A stretch of 24,000 nucleotides of DNA from the NCBI RefSeq assembly GCF_000238295.3, contig NZ_AHCD03000044.1, forward strand, positions 1,056,845-1,080,844, given 5' to 3'. Below the pieces are notes generated by a model. That model did not search any database and was not told the origin of the DNA. It worked only from the letters and a program-made list of their open reading frames with translations. The stretch comes from Pseudoalteromonas rubra (GTDB lineage Bacteria > Pseudomonadota > Gammaproteobacteria > Enterobacterales > Alteromonadaceae). Positions 1 through 7,312 of this stretch are shown here, one piece after another. How positions within the stretch are numbered: the stretch's first letter is position 1; every line of letters starts with the position of its first letter. The position numbers and the translations under genes were made by a program.

Positions 1-117
1 AATTACGTTAAAACGGGCACCGAGTCGGATTGTATTGCGCAGGAAATTCGCAACATCATCTTTTATAGCGATAAACACCGTACCGAAGCTTGTCAGACGG
101 TATTGGATGAAGCGTAA
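1..117 (+). CDS. 3' end of an unidentified CDS entering from the left window edge (38 codons plus TAA)
   Basis: Frame 1 is open from nt 1 to TAA at 115-117 (NYVKTGTESDCIAQEIRNIIFYSDKHRTEACQTVLDEA*). No start lies in the window, and the fragment is too short for me to assign a family. Confidence 0.35.
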   Translation, partial: NYVKTGTESDCIAQEIRNIIFYSDKHRTEACQTVLDEA

Positions 118-428
118 AAGTGAATGGGACCGTTCTGCATTCAGACACCTGCACCTGATGCGGGATCTGTGAACAGGGTACACATTCACAAAGCAATGGG
201 AGCAGGACGATGGTTCCATTGCAAACAAAAATAAAGCAGTGAGTAACGGCGGTTTTGTATCGTATCCATTGCATTTTAAACGAATTTACTTGCTGTGTTT
301 TAGGACATGGAAAGTGAAAAAGGGCAAGTTAGGGTCTAGGCTTTACCTGACTTGGTGGGTTTAACAACTGTTTATGCCAACTGAATTTTTAACGACGTTG
401 GTACAATTCCAATCATAGAGGAAAAAAC

Positions 429-989
429 ATGACAGCGACAAAAACAGCGAAGGATGACAAGGCCACAACGGCTGCTGGCGCTGCTCCACAGCAGGAATCA
501 GCAAATGTTGAGGTTGAGAATCGCGAAGCCGTAGCACGTATTATTGTCGATAAGTACACCAAATGGTCTTTCGGTACGGGTCTGATCCCAGTACCAGCCA
601 TCGATTTGGTGGCCTTGACTGGTGTACAAATCAAGATGATCAGTGAGATTGCTCAGGTATATGGTCAGTCTTACAGCGACAATAAGATCCGCGGTACGGT
701 AAGTGCGGTGATTGGCGGCTCATTCCCACAGTCTTTGGGCGGTGCAGGACTTAGCAGTTTCTTAAAGTCGGTACCAATCATTGGCACGCTTAGCGCACTC
801 GCATTTATGCCAGTGGTATCAGCTGCATCTACAAATGCAGTAGGTTCTACGTTTATCCGACACTTCGAAAACGGCGGCACTTTGCTAGATCTTAATCTGG
901 CAAGCATTAAGGGAGACATCTCTGAAATTGCTGCTAAGTATCGAAAAGATAAAGGCAACAGCACTCAAGACAACCAAGCTACAGCGTAA
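429..989 (+). CDS. DUF697-like (YcjF-type domain) membrane-associated protein, 186 aa
   Basis: ORF-track ORF with GAGG about 8 nt upstream of the ATG. The core VDKYTKWSFGTGLIPVPAIDLVALTGVQIKMISEIAQVYG, followed by Gly/Ala/Ser-rich hydrophobic stretches, resembles the DUF697 pattern as I remember it. A hairpin terminator follows the stop. Confidence 0.6.
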   Translation: MTATKTAKDDKATTAAGAAPQQESANVEVENREAVARIIVDKYTKWSFGTGLIPVPAIDLVALTGVQIKMISEIAQVYGQSYSDNKIRGTVSAVIGGSFPQSLGGAGLSSFLKSVPIIGTLSALAFMPVVSAASTNAVGSTFIRHFENGGTLLDLNLASIKGDISEIAAKYRKDKGNSTQDNQATA

Positions 990-1007
990 GTTGAGAGGCT
1001 AAAACAC

Positions 1008-1040
1008 AAATAAACCAACGGCGTGTCTGTTGGTTTATTT
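1008..1040 (+). terminator. Rho-independent terminator after the DUF697-like gene
   Basis: Perfect 12-bp stem, aaataaaccaac (1008-1019) pairing with gttggtttattt (1029-1040), with a 9-nt loop. The 3' arm ends in a T-rich run. It starts 19 nt after the stop at 989. Confidence 0.6.
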
Positions 1041-1086
1041 GCTCATCGGTTAATTGGAACTGCTAGTCAGTTCAGAGGAGCAAATC

Positions 1087-1263
1087 ATGTTAGTTACTTT
1101 GTATCTGGTGTTATGTGTACTTTCTGGTTACTGGGGACGCAATACCTTTGCGGGTCCGGTTGGGTTTTTCTTTATTGGCCTGGTATTCACGCCGCTGGTG
1201 AGCTTGCTGGTGCTATTACTTGCCAAAACACGTCTGGCAGAGCCAAGAGAAGCGGAGGAATAA
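1087..1263 (+). CDS. small hydrophobic (two-TM-like) protein, 58 aa
   Basis: Internal ATG at 1087 of ORF 1054..1263 has AGGAG (1076-1080) 6 nt upstream. The product MLVTLYLVLCVLSGYWGRNTFAGPVGFFFIGLVFTPLVSLLVLLLAKTRLAEPREAEE has two hydrophobic segments and a charged tail. The 1054 start abuts the terminator and lacks an RBS. Confidence 0.4.
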   Translation: MLVTLYLVLCVLSGYWGRNTFAGPVGFFFIGLVFTPLVSLLVLLLAKTRLAEPREAEE

Positions 1264-1400
1264 CAGAAAATCCGGCATTGCCTAAATTCACTATTTGATT
1301 GTGACCAAAAAACAGGCAAGCTAAAAACAGAGGATGTAGATCCTCAAGATAAGATAACAAGGATTGCAGTTCTGACTGCGTCGTAGCGCTCAGTATTATG

Positions 1401-1428
1401 ACCAGTGGCGGACTTTCAGGCCACTGGT
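1401..1428 (+). promoter_or_regulatory. 9-bp perfect stem-loop 23 nt upstream of the ABC exporter start
   Basis: accagtggc (1401-1409) pairs with gccactggt (1420-1428) around a 10-nt loop. No T-tract follows, so it is not a classical terminator. It may be a 5'-UTR structure or a palindromic operator. Confidence 0.25.
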
Positions 1429-1451
1429 AACACAATGAAAAGACAATAAAA

Positions 1452-3113
1452 ATGGTATTATACGATTTAATAAGTCGAAACATTAAAATTAAAAAAAGGA
1501 CCTTTGTATTACTCGGTTGTATCTCTGGCCTTGCCAATGCACTGGTGCTTGCTCTTATCAACAACGTGGCAGAAAACATTTCTGATATCCACAAAGAAAA
1601 CCATGTATTTTACTACCTGGTGCTCTTTACCCTGACGGTGTTGATCTACGGATTAACCCAGCAGAGGTTAATGACTAAAGCCGCTAAAATGGTCGAAAAG
1701 TCCATTGATCATATGCGAGTTGAGCTATTCGAATCGGTTCGGCATACCGAGCTATCGACGCTTGAAAAAATTGGCAAGGAGCGAATTTTTAATACGCTCA
1801 GCAAAGAGCTGCAAACCATTTCTCAGTCTGCTCAGCTCTTTGTGATCATTGGTCAGTCTATCAGCCTGGTGTTTTTCACCTCATTGTATATTGCCTATCA
1901 CTCGGTGATGGCGTTTGTGGTTCTGAGTGTATTGATCATGTTGGGCGGCAGTATCCACCGCTTAAGGGCCAATGAAATTCAGCGTAATATGGCGCAGGCA
2001 TTTCAGAGCGAAAACCAGCTTATCCAGCGCTTGTCGGACTTGCTCGATGGTTTTAAAGAAGTAAAACTGAGCGCACCGAGAGCAGACGACCTGGAACACG
2101 AGTTTTCCCTATCCTCTGGCAAAGCGCGGCGCGCACAAACGGTGACCAAGACCTTGTTTGCGACCGACTTTGTCCTTTCTCAGATAACCTTTTTCGCTGC
2201 AACCGGTGCAATGGTGTTTTTTGTGCCAGTGTTATCAGATGTTTATCCGGAAGTGGTCATCAAGGTGACGACAGCCTCGTTGTTTTTAATCGGTCCGATC
2301 ACCAGTATTGTGGGTGGTATTCCAGTGTTCACTACGGCAACGGAAGCGGCGCAAAATGTACTGACACTTGAGGCAGACCTTAAACGGGAGCAAGCTGAAA
2401 ATACGGTACGGCGCAATACCCAGGTACAATCCATTGATAGCTTTGAGGAGTTAAGGCTTGAGGGCGCGTATTATCAACATAATCGTAAGCCTGGCGACAG
2501 GCCTTTCTTTGTCGGGCCGGTCGACCTAACGGTTAAAAGAGGACAAATTACCTTTATTACCGGTGGTAACGGCAGCGGTAAAACCACGTTTATTCGTATG
2601 TTAACCGGTTTATATGAGCTTCAGGCCGGACAAATCTTCCTCGACGGGCGCGCGGTTCACGACGCCGATCGAGAGAGCTTCCGCAGTATTTTTACCTCGG
2701 TCTTTGCGGATTTCCATTTGTTTAAACAGCTCTATGGGATCAAGACAACGTCACAGGAAGATATCGATGAATGGCTGACTTTTTTAGAAATGAACGCAAA
2801 GGTCAGTGTGATTGATGGAGAGTTCAGTACCATAGATCTTTCTTCCGGGCAAAGAAAACGCCTGGCACTACTCAGCACCATACTGGAAAATCGGCCGATT
2901 TATATTTTTGACGAATGGGCCGCCGATCAGGACCCAATATTCAGACGAAAATTCTATGAACAGGTATTGCCCAGGCTTAAGGCCCGTGGCAACACTGTGA
3001 TCGCAATTACACATGACGACGCCTATTTCCATCTGGCGGACGTGCATTTGAAGATGGTAGAAGGACAACTAATGGAACATCATGAAGTAGAAACAGATGG
3101 AGTACCGTCATGA
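1452..3113 (+). CDS. half-size ABC exporter (N-terminal permease fused to C-terminal ATPase), YojI / cyclic-peptide-transporter type
   Basis: 553 aa with an N-terminal multi-TM region. Walker A is GGNGSGKTT, the ABC signature is LSSGQRKRLAL, and Walker B is IYIFDEWAADQDP. The block DEWAADQDPIFRRKFY...AITHDDAYF parallels the C-terminal block of E. coli YojI as I remember it. There is no N-terminal C39 peptidase domain. Confidence 0.88.
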   Translation: MVLYDLISRNIKIKKRTFVLLGCISGLANALVLALINNVAENISDIHKENHVFYYLVLFTLTVLIYGLTQQRLMTKAAKMVEKSIDHMRVELFESVRHTELSTLEKIGKERIFNTLSKELQTISQSAQLFVIIGQSISLVFFTSLYIAYHSVMAFVVLSVLIMLGGSIHRLRANEIQRNMAQAFQSENQLIQRLSDLLDGFKEVKLSAPRADDLEHEFSLSSGKARRAQTVTKTLFATDFVLSQITFFAATGAMVFFVPVLSDVYPEVVIKVTTASLFLIGPITSIVGGIPVFTTATEAAQNVLTLEADLKREQAENTVRRNTQVQSIDSFEELRLEGAYYQHNRKPGDRPFFVGPVDLTVKRGQITFITGGNGSGKTTFIRMLTGLYELQAGQIFLDGRAVHDADRESFRSIFTSVFADFHLFKQLYGIKTTSQEDIDEWLTFLEMNAKVSVIDGEFSTIDLSSGQRKRLALLSTILENRPIYIFDEWAADQDPIFRRKFYEQVLPRLKARGNTVIAITHDDAYFHLADVHLKMVEGQLMEHHEVETDGVPS

Positions 3114-4267
3114 ATATAATCCTGCCTCCTGATCTGGCGCTCATAGGATTGGCGGCTGCCTGCCTGTTGATCCTCATTGCTAACCTGGTAATGCGGGCTC
3201 TCAGGCGCTACAAACCCGCATGGCGTAAACGCATATTGTCCTGGCGCTTCAGAGCTGGTTTAACCCTATTGATTTGTTTGTTCTTAGTCGTGGCGTTGGT
3301 TCCATTTATCTTTATCCGGGTTGACTCCGGTGAGATTGCTGTTTTGTGGAAGCGCTTTGGTGGAGGTACGTATCTGGATCAGCACTTTAGTGAAGGTACA
3401 GTTCTGGTTATGCCCTGGGATAAGTTGGTAATTTACAACGGACGTTTTCAGACTGCACATGAAAGCATAGATGCGATCACCAGCGAGGGTCTCAGAATCA
3501 CACTCAATGTCACAGTCAGGTATCGCCCTGTCATTGAGCATGTGCCTTATCTGCATCAGCTGGTAGGGCCCAGGTACCTGGAGGAGATGGTGTTACCTGA
3601 GGTGGCATCGGCGGTACGTATGATAGTGTCGCGCTATCGTGCTGAGCAGGTTTACAGTCATCAACGGATACAAGTGCAAAAAGAGCTGCTGGAAGAAGTG
3701 CTGCATGAACTACATCTTCAGGAAGAAACGATTTTAGAGCAAACCGGCCACATGAAAGATGGTCATACATTAGTTAATTTAGACGATATGCTGATCAAAC
3801 GTGTCGATGTGCCCGATAAGGTGCATGAGGCGATTATTTCTAAGGTAAATCAGAGTTACCTGAATGAGGAATACGCGATGCGGCTTGAAGTAGCAAAGAA
3901 AGAAGCGCAGCGTAAGAAAACAGAAGCACAGGGTATTGCCGATTTTCAGGAAACCGTGGCAGGCGGTATCTCGGAAACTTACCTGAGATGGCGCGGTATT
4001 GAAGCGACTATTGAACTGGCAAAATCAAACAATGCCAAAGTGGTTGTGATAGGGAGCGGCAAAGACGGGCTGCCGTTGATCCTGAATACAGAAAGCAGCT
4101 TGAATGGCTCTGCCCCTAACCTGGTTCAGGAAACAGCCAATTTAGTTAAAGCTGAGGAAGCAACAAGGCCTGTGCCTGACTACGTAAACAGCGTGATTAA
4201 ACCAGGTGAGCCTATGAGCACGCATCATATGAGCTCTGCAAAATCTGGAGAACCATTGCATAAGTGA
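3110..4267 (+). CDS. SPFH / band-7 (prohibitin, HflK/C-like) membrane protein, 385 aa
   Basis: The ATG overlaps the ABC stop (ATGA at 3110-3113). Two N-terminal hydrophobic segments are followed by the typical SPFH start GEIAVLWKRFGG...VLVMPWDKLVIY...ITSEGLRITLNVTVRYRP. A coiled-coil-like segment EEYAMRLEVAKKEAQRKKTEAQG comes next. Confidence 0.82.
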   Translation: MNIILPPDLALIGLAAACLLILIANLVMRALRRYKPAWRKRILSWRFRAGLTLLICLFLVVALVPFIFIRVDSGEIAVLWKRFGGGTYLDQHFSEGTVLVMPWDKLVIYNGRFQTAHESIDAITSEGLRITLNVTVRYRPVIEHVPYLHQLVGPRYLEEMVLPEVASAVRMIVSRYRAEQVYSHQRIQVQKELLEEVLHELHLQEETILEQTGHMKDGHTLVNLDDMLIKRVDVPDKVHEAIISKVNQSYLNEEYAMRLEVAKKEAQRKKTEAQGIADFQETVAGGISETYLRWRGIEATIELAKSNNAKVVVIGSGKDGLPLILNTESSLNGSAPNLVQETANLVKAEEATRPVPDYVNSVIKPGEPMSTHHMSSAKSGEPLHK

Positions 4268-4503
4268 TATTGCTGCCTCGTCTTTGTGTCTGCATCCTAT
4301 GCCAATGGTTCCCGTGTCGAGCAAGGGATGACGCAGAGGAGTGAAGCGAGAGCATTTGCATACCGTCAGCGCTAACTATATGGCGGTTCTGGTCTTTGGA
4401 GCGATATTGCATGTTAAATGCGCTTTTACTTAATAAGGGAGCAACCAAGTAATCTTGCAATCACCTCAAGTGTGACATGTGTAACCTAAACTATTCACCC
4501 CTC

Positions 4504-4530
4504 CGTCATCCCGGCCTCCGAGCCGGGAAC
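4504..4530. repeat. REP-like palindromic element, dispersed copy 1
   Basis: cgtcatCCCGGCctccgaGCCGGGaac contains a 6-bp GC stem. The same motif GTCATCC...GAGCCGGGAAC recurs at 11989-12013 and ends the tandem array at 14686-14712, always in the same orientation. Confidence 0.55.
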
Positions 4531-4726
4531 TACCTACAAACGACTCGATATGCCAGATACCCATAGTGATGTCGTTGCCTATCGATCTTGTAAAGGGGCT
4601 TTACATTTTTTCAGAACGGGTGTGCAGAGCGGCGAGTTAAGGGCAGCAGCAGCATGGAAAACACAGGCTTGTTATGGAGAATGGCTGAAATGGTCGGATG
4701 ATGAGAGAAGAACAGTGTCTCATATG

Positions 4727-4747
4727 CAGGGCACTCAGCGTGCCCTG
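4727..4747 (-). terminator. hairpin downstream of the GG-leader peptide gene 1 (weak terminator candidate)
   Basis: cagggcac (4727-4734) pairs with gtgccctg (4740-4747) around a 5-nt loop, 12 nt past the minus-strand stop at 4759-4761. No clear U-tract follows on the minus strand. Confidence 0.3.
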
Positions 4748-4758
4748 TTGTAACCTGT

Positions 4759-4932
4759 TTATCTTGGGTTACAGGTATTCACTGGGTAGTAAGAAAAATA
4801 TGGGCAACCTTTCTGGACTCTGGTTGGTGGAATAGCCGTTGCACCACCTGCGATCATTGGTGTTTGATCTGAGTTCAGCGCGTTTTTATTGCCTAGGTTT
4901 TTTAGGTTCTTTTTACTTAGTTGTAACTTCAT
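4759..4932 (-). CDS. 57-aa double-glycine-leader peptide precursor (bacteriocin/RiPP/signal-peptide-like), not in the ORF track
   Basis: Hand translation gives MKLQLSKKNLKNLGNKNALNSDQTPMIAGG|ATAIPPTRVQKGCPYFSYYPVNTCNPR*. AAGGAG lies 6 nt upstream of the ATG (complement of 4939-4944). The leader aligns position for position with the second peptide at 11611..11775. The core has 2 Cys. Confidence 0.6.
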   Translation of the reverse strand: MKLQLSKKNLKNLGNKNALNSDQTPMIAGGATAIPPTRVQKGCPYFSYYPVNTCNPR

Positions 4933-5447
4933 GGAGATCTCCTTCTTCTGTTTAATAATTGTTCGGTAATATTGTTCTCACAAAGTACACTGAGTGTAAA
5001 TTGAAAGAATCTAATGTGTTAATTTTATTGTCTTGAATGGGGGGCTATTCAGTGTGTTGAGTTTCTAAATGATAGCTCGCAATTTACTGTTCTCTGTATG
5101 ATTTTAACGTACCAGCCTTTACATAGAGTTGGCCGGGGACAGAGGTTTTTACCACATCCATATTTTGTTCTTATTTTTTGGGTAATCTTTCGGGACGGTC
5201 TGAGGGAGCATTGTCTGCTTATGATTCGAGCTGTTACTGACGGTAATTACCAGCGCGGCGTTACGCTGCGCAGTAGTAAATATTCCGGGTGGGGATATTG
5301 CGCGTTTTTATGCGTCTGACAGTCATGGTTTGATAGTTCATTTGGCCTTTATTTTAAGGGTAAATAGAATAAATAAGTCTAGTCACTGGCCAGGGTAGCC
5401 TGAAAAGGTGGTCAGTATAAAAGACTGTAATTGAGAGTACTTGTATC

Positions 5448-5474
5448 AAGGCACACAGGATGTGCCTTTTTTAT
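5448..5474 (+). terminator. orphan Rho-independent terminator-like hairpin plus T-tract
   Basis: aaggcaca (5448-5455) pairs with tgtgcctt (5461-5468) around the loop cagga, followed by tttttat. No convincing + strand CDS lies upstream, so this may be the 3' end of a small RNA or a relic. Confidence 0.4.
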
Positions 5475-6227
5475 CCTTAAGCGCCCGCACTATTACTAAC
5501 AAGCACATTTTTTTCATCGTACTATCGATTATTGGCGTGTTAAATTTAAACAATGCCATCATGCTATGGTTGTTTGACTTCCATCGCTTCCTGCACTCCC
5601 TTTTTGGGGAGTTATCAATATCGGGTTTCAGGCGTATATTTCTATGAGCCTAAACGGACAGCCCGGCACACCTTTATATGACTCAATAGCAACATAATGC
5701 TTATATTGGTGTAATTAAGCACTTTTGGTGGCCTGGCACTGGCAATATCGCTATAAAAGTGACTGTTTTGACCAAGCATCGCATTGCTGCCTTTAGGTAA
5801 GACCTGATATGAATGAAGGCCGAAGAAAAATAAAATTATCAAACACGGTGCAAAAAGGCACTTTGGTATGCGCGCTAATGCGTCCTTGGTTGCGAGTGCT
5901 GAATACATGTTTGTTGTCCTGAGTTGTCCACGCTAGTTGGGGTGGCCGCAATTAGAAATGCATTCTGGTATTTATAGCCAGAATAGTTAGGGCAGTGAGT
6001 TCTAAGCAGTTTGAGGGCATTTGCTGCGCTTGCATGGAACCTCGGGTTTTCGCCGGAGTCGAAAGCTGACACAAGCAAAGCGATGAAGTGAGCGATTATG
6101 GCACTCTGATGCCTGGCTAAATCGGGTGCTGGTTATCGCTAACCAGCGAGCTTGCAGATAATCAGCCTGGGGTTTTACAGGGCTTAGTATAAAGAATCCA
6201 GCTAAGTAAATTGAGCGTCAATAAGTA

Positions 6228-6268
6228 GGCCAACCACAGGGGATATACACTGGGTTGGCCACTTTTTT
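6228..6268. terminator. hairpin with flanking T/A tracts abutting the luxR-family stop (possibly bidirectional)
   Basis: ggccaacc (6228-6235) pairs with ggttggcc (6253-6260), extended by cag/ctg. tttttt (6263-6268) follows on the + strand. On the minus strand the hairpin lies immediately after the TAA of the 6267..6980 gene. Confidence 0.45.
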
Positions 6269-6980
6269 AAGGGATGAGCAAACTTTGCTTTGCTTTGAGT
6301 ACTGCCTCAGTTCTGTTGGCTGCACCCAGTTGACTAAGGATCTGGCTTACCAGCTCTTTAACTCTGTCTTTAGACACTTGCATCAGCTCAGATATTTCCG
6401 GGTTAGTCATCCCTTTGGCCATATATAGCAAACACTCGCTACTTTTTGGCGTTAAAGTGGGTCGCATAAATAAATAGTCAGGGCACTCTTTGATTATTCT
6501 GGGGATCAGAGTGAGTGTGATATCACTTAATATCGTACTATGTTGATGATAAACAGATTTTATTTCATCACATGTTTGGCTGGAAAAGAAATTCACCAAT
6601 ACAATTGCGCCGCCATAATGAACAGGTATGACTATGCCGCCATTGATATTCTCCTGAGCTAACAGGTTGCCTAATGTTTTTGGCGCAAGCGTTGCGCTTT
6701 GGTAGTCATGAGTGCTCCAAAAGCGCGGTGCCAGTGTTTGCTGGCAGTAGTCGATCAGGTCATCAGAAAAACAATGTCCATCTGTAAAGTAAGCGCGAAG
6801 GAATTGTTCGGAACAAGTAGAAAGATACCTGAAAACGGGCTCGGTGCCATTCACCCCAACAATGAGAAACTGGTCCATACCTAGTGGTTCTGAAAATCGG
6901 CTTAGAGCGGTAGTGATGGCTGTCTCCGGATACAATGCAAAGGCATCCGGGTGGCTGATTTTGTTACCTGAGTAGTCCAT
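6267..6980 (-). CDS. LuxR-family transcriptional regulator (solo), with an N-terminal ligand-binding-like domain and a C-terminal LuxR/GerE HTH
   Basis: 237 aa, with AGGAG 5 nt upstream of the ATG. The C-terminus LTPKSSECLLYMAKGMTNPEISELMQVSKDRVKELVSQILSQLGAANRTEAVLKA is a typical LuxR/FixJ HTH. The N-terminal ~170 aa is the right size for an autoinducer-binding domain, but I cannot confirm the signature residues. No luxI-type gene is in the window. Confidence 0.8.
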   Translation of the reverse strand: MDYSGNKISHPDAFALYPETAITTALSRFSEPLGMDQFLIVGVNGTEPVFRYLSTCSEQFLRAYFTDGHCFSDDLIDYCQQTLAPRFWSTHDYQSATLAPKTLGNLLAQENINGGIVIPVHYGGAIVLVNFFSSQTCDEIKSVYHQHSTILSDITLTLIPRIIKECPDYLFMRPTLTPKSSECLLYMAKGMTNPEISELMQVSKDRVKELVSQILSQLGAANRTEAVLKAKQSLLIP

Positions 6981-7312
6981 ATAAACTCCTGTGTGCTTTT
7001 TTTAATGTTGCAGGTTCTGTTTTCTCGTTCTGCACCCTTAAGCTAATGAGTTTTGAGAACTACCTGTTATGAGAAAAGCGACACCGAGTACTGCAAAAGC
7101 GACATTTATAATTGTTAGTATAAAAAACAATGTCTTATTGGTTTTTCTTGTTGGTATGGGACGACTTTGGATGTTTGATTATTGTGCAAATCAAAAAGCT
7201 CACGCTTTTTTGATGAATTCTGTTGGCAAATTTTTAACAAATCAGTTGACTGTACCTGATAAAGGTTATAGAAAGTAATTACGCATTTTACAGTAAGGAC
7301 GTAAGCGTAATA

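Noticed and set aside
117-428. CRP-like TGTGA...TCACA palindrome (tgtgaacagggtacacattcaca, about 169-191) upstream of the DUF697-like gene
   Set aside because: The half-site spacing is 13 nt rather than the canonical 6 nt, and the site lies more than 230 nt from the start codon. Evidence is insufficient for a regulatory-site call.
1023-1298. Alternative-frame ORF (91 aa) overlapping the small membrane protein ORF
   Set aside because: It starts inside the terminator hairpin loop and has no RBS. The other frame has AGGAG-N6-ATG and a coherent two-TM profile.
1452-3113. The ABC exporter as the dedicated GG-leader-cleaving transporter (PCAT) for the two peptides
   Set aside because: PCATs carry an N-terminal C39 cysteine-peptidase domain of about 130 aa and are about 700 aa long. 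This protein is 553 aa and starts directly with the TM domain. The link is kept only as a weak hypothesis.
4550-4753. ORF-track + strand ORF of 67 aa between the SPFH gene and peptide gene 1
   Set aside because: It has no RBS. Its 3' end overlaps the terminator-like hairpin of the convergent peptide gene, and I recognise nothing in its sequence. I treat it as intergenic.
5642-6078. Two overlapping minus-strand ORFs (88 and 67 aa) as a frameshifted pseudogene
   Set aside because: This is plausible, but I recognise no family motif in either half, so I cannot support a pseudogene call. It is reported only as part of the non-coding-gap finding.
7069-7278. 69-aa + strand ORF in the luxR/HTCS divergent intergenic region
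   Set aside because: It lies in an AT-rich promoter-type region and has no RBS and a low-complexity hydrophobic sequence. A lux-box-like palindrome was also sought here; only weak 4-bp inverted repeats (ACCTgataaAGGT, 7254-7266) were found, so none is called.
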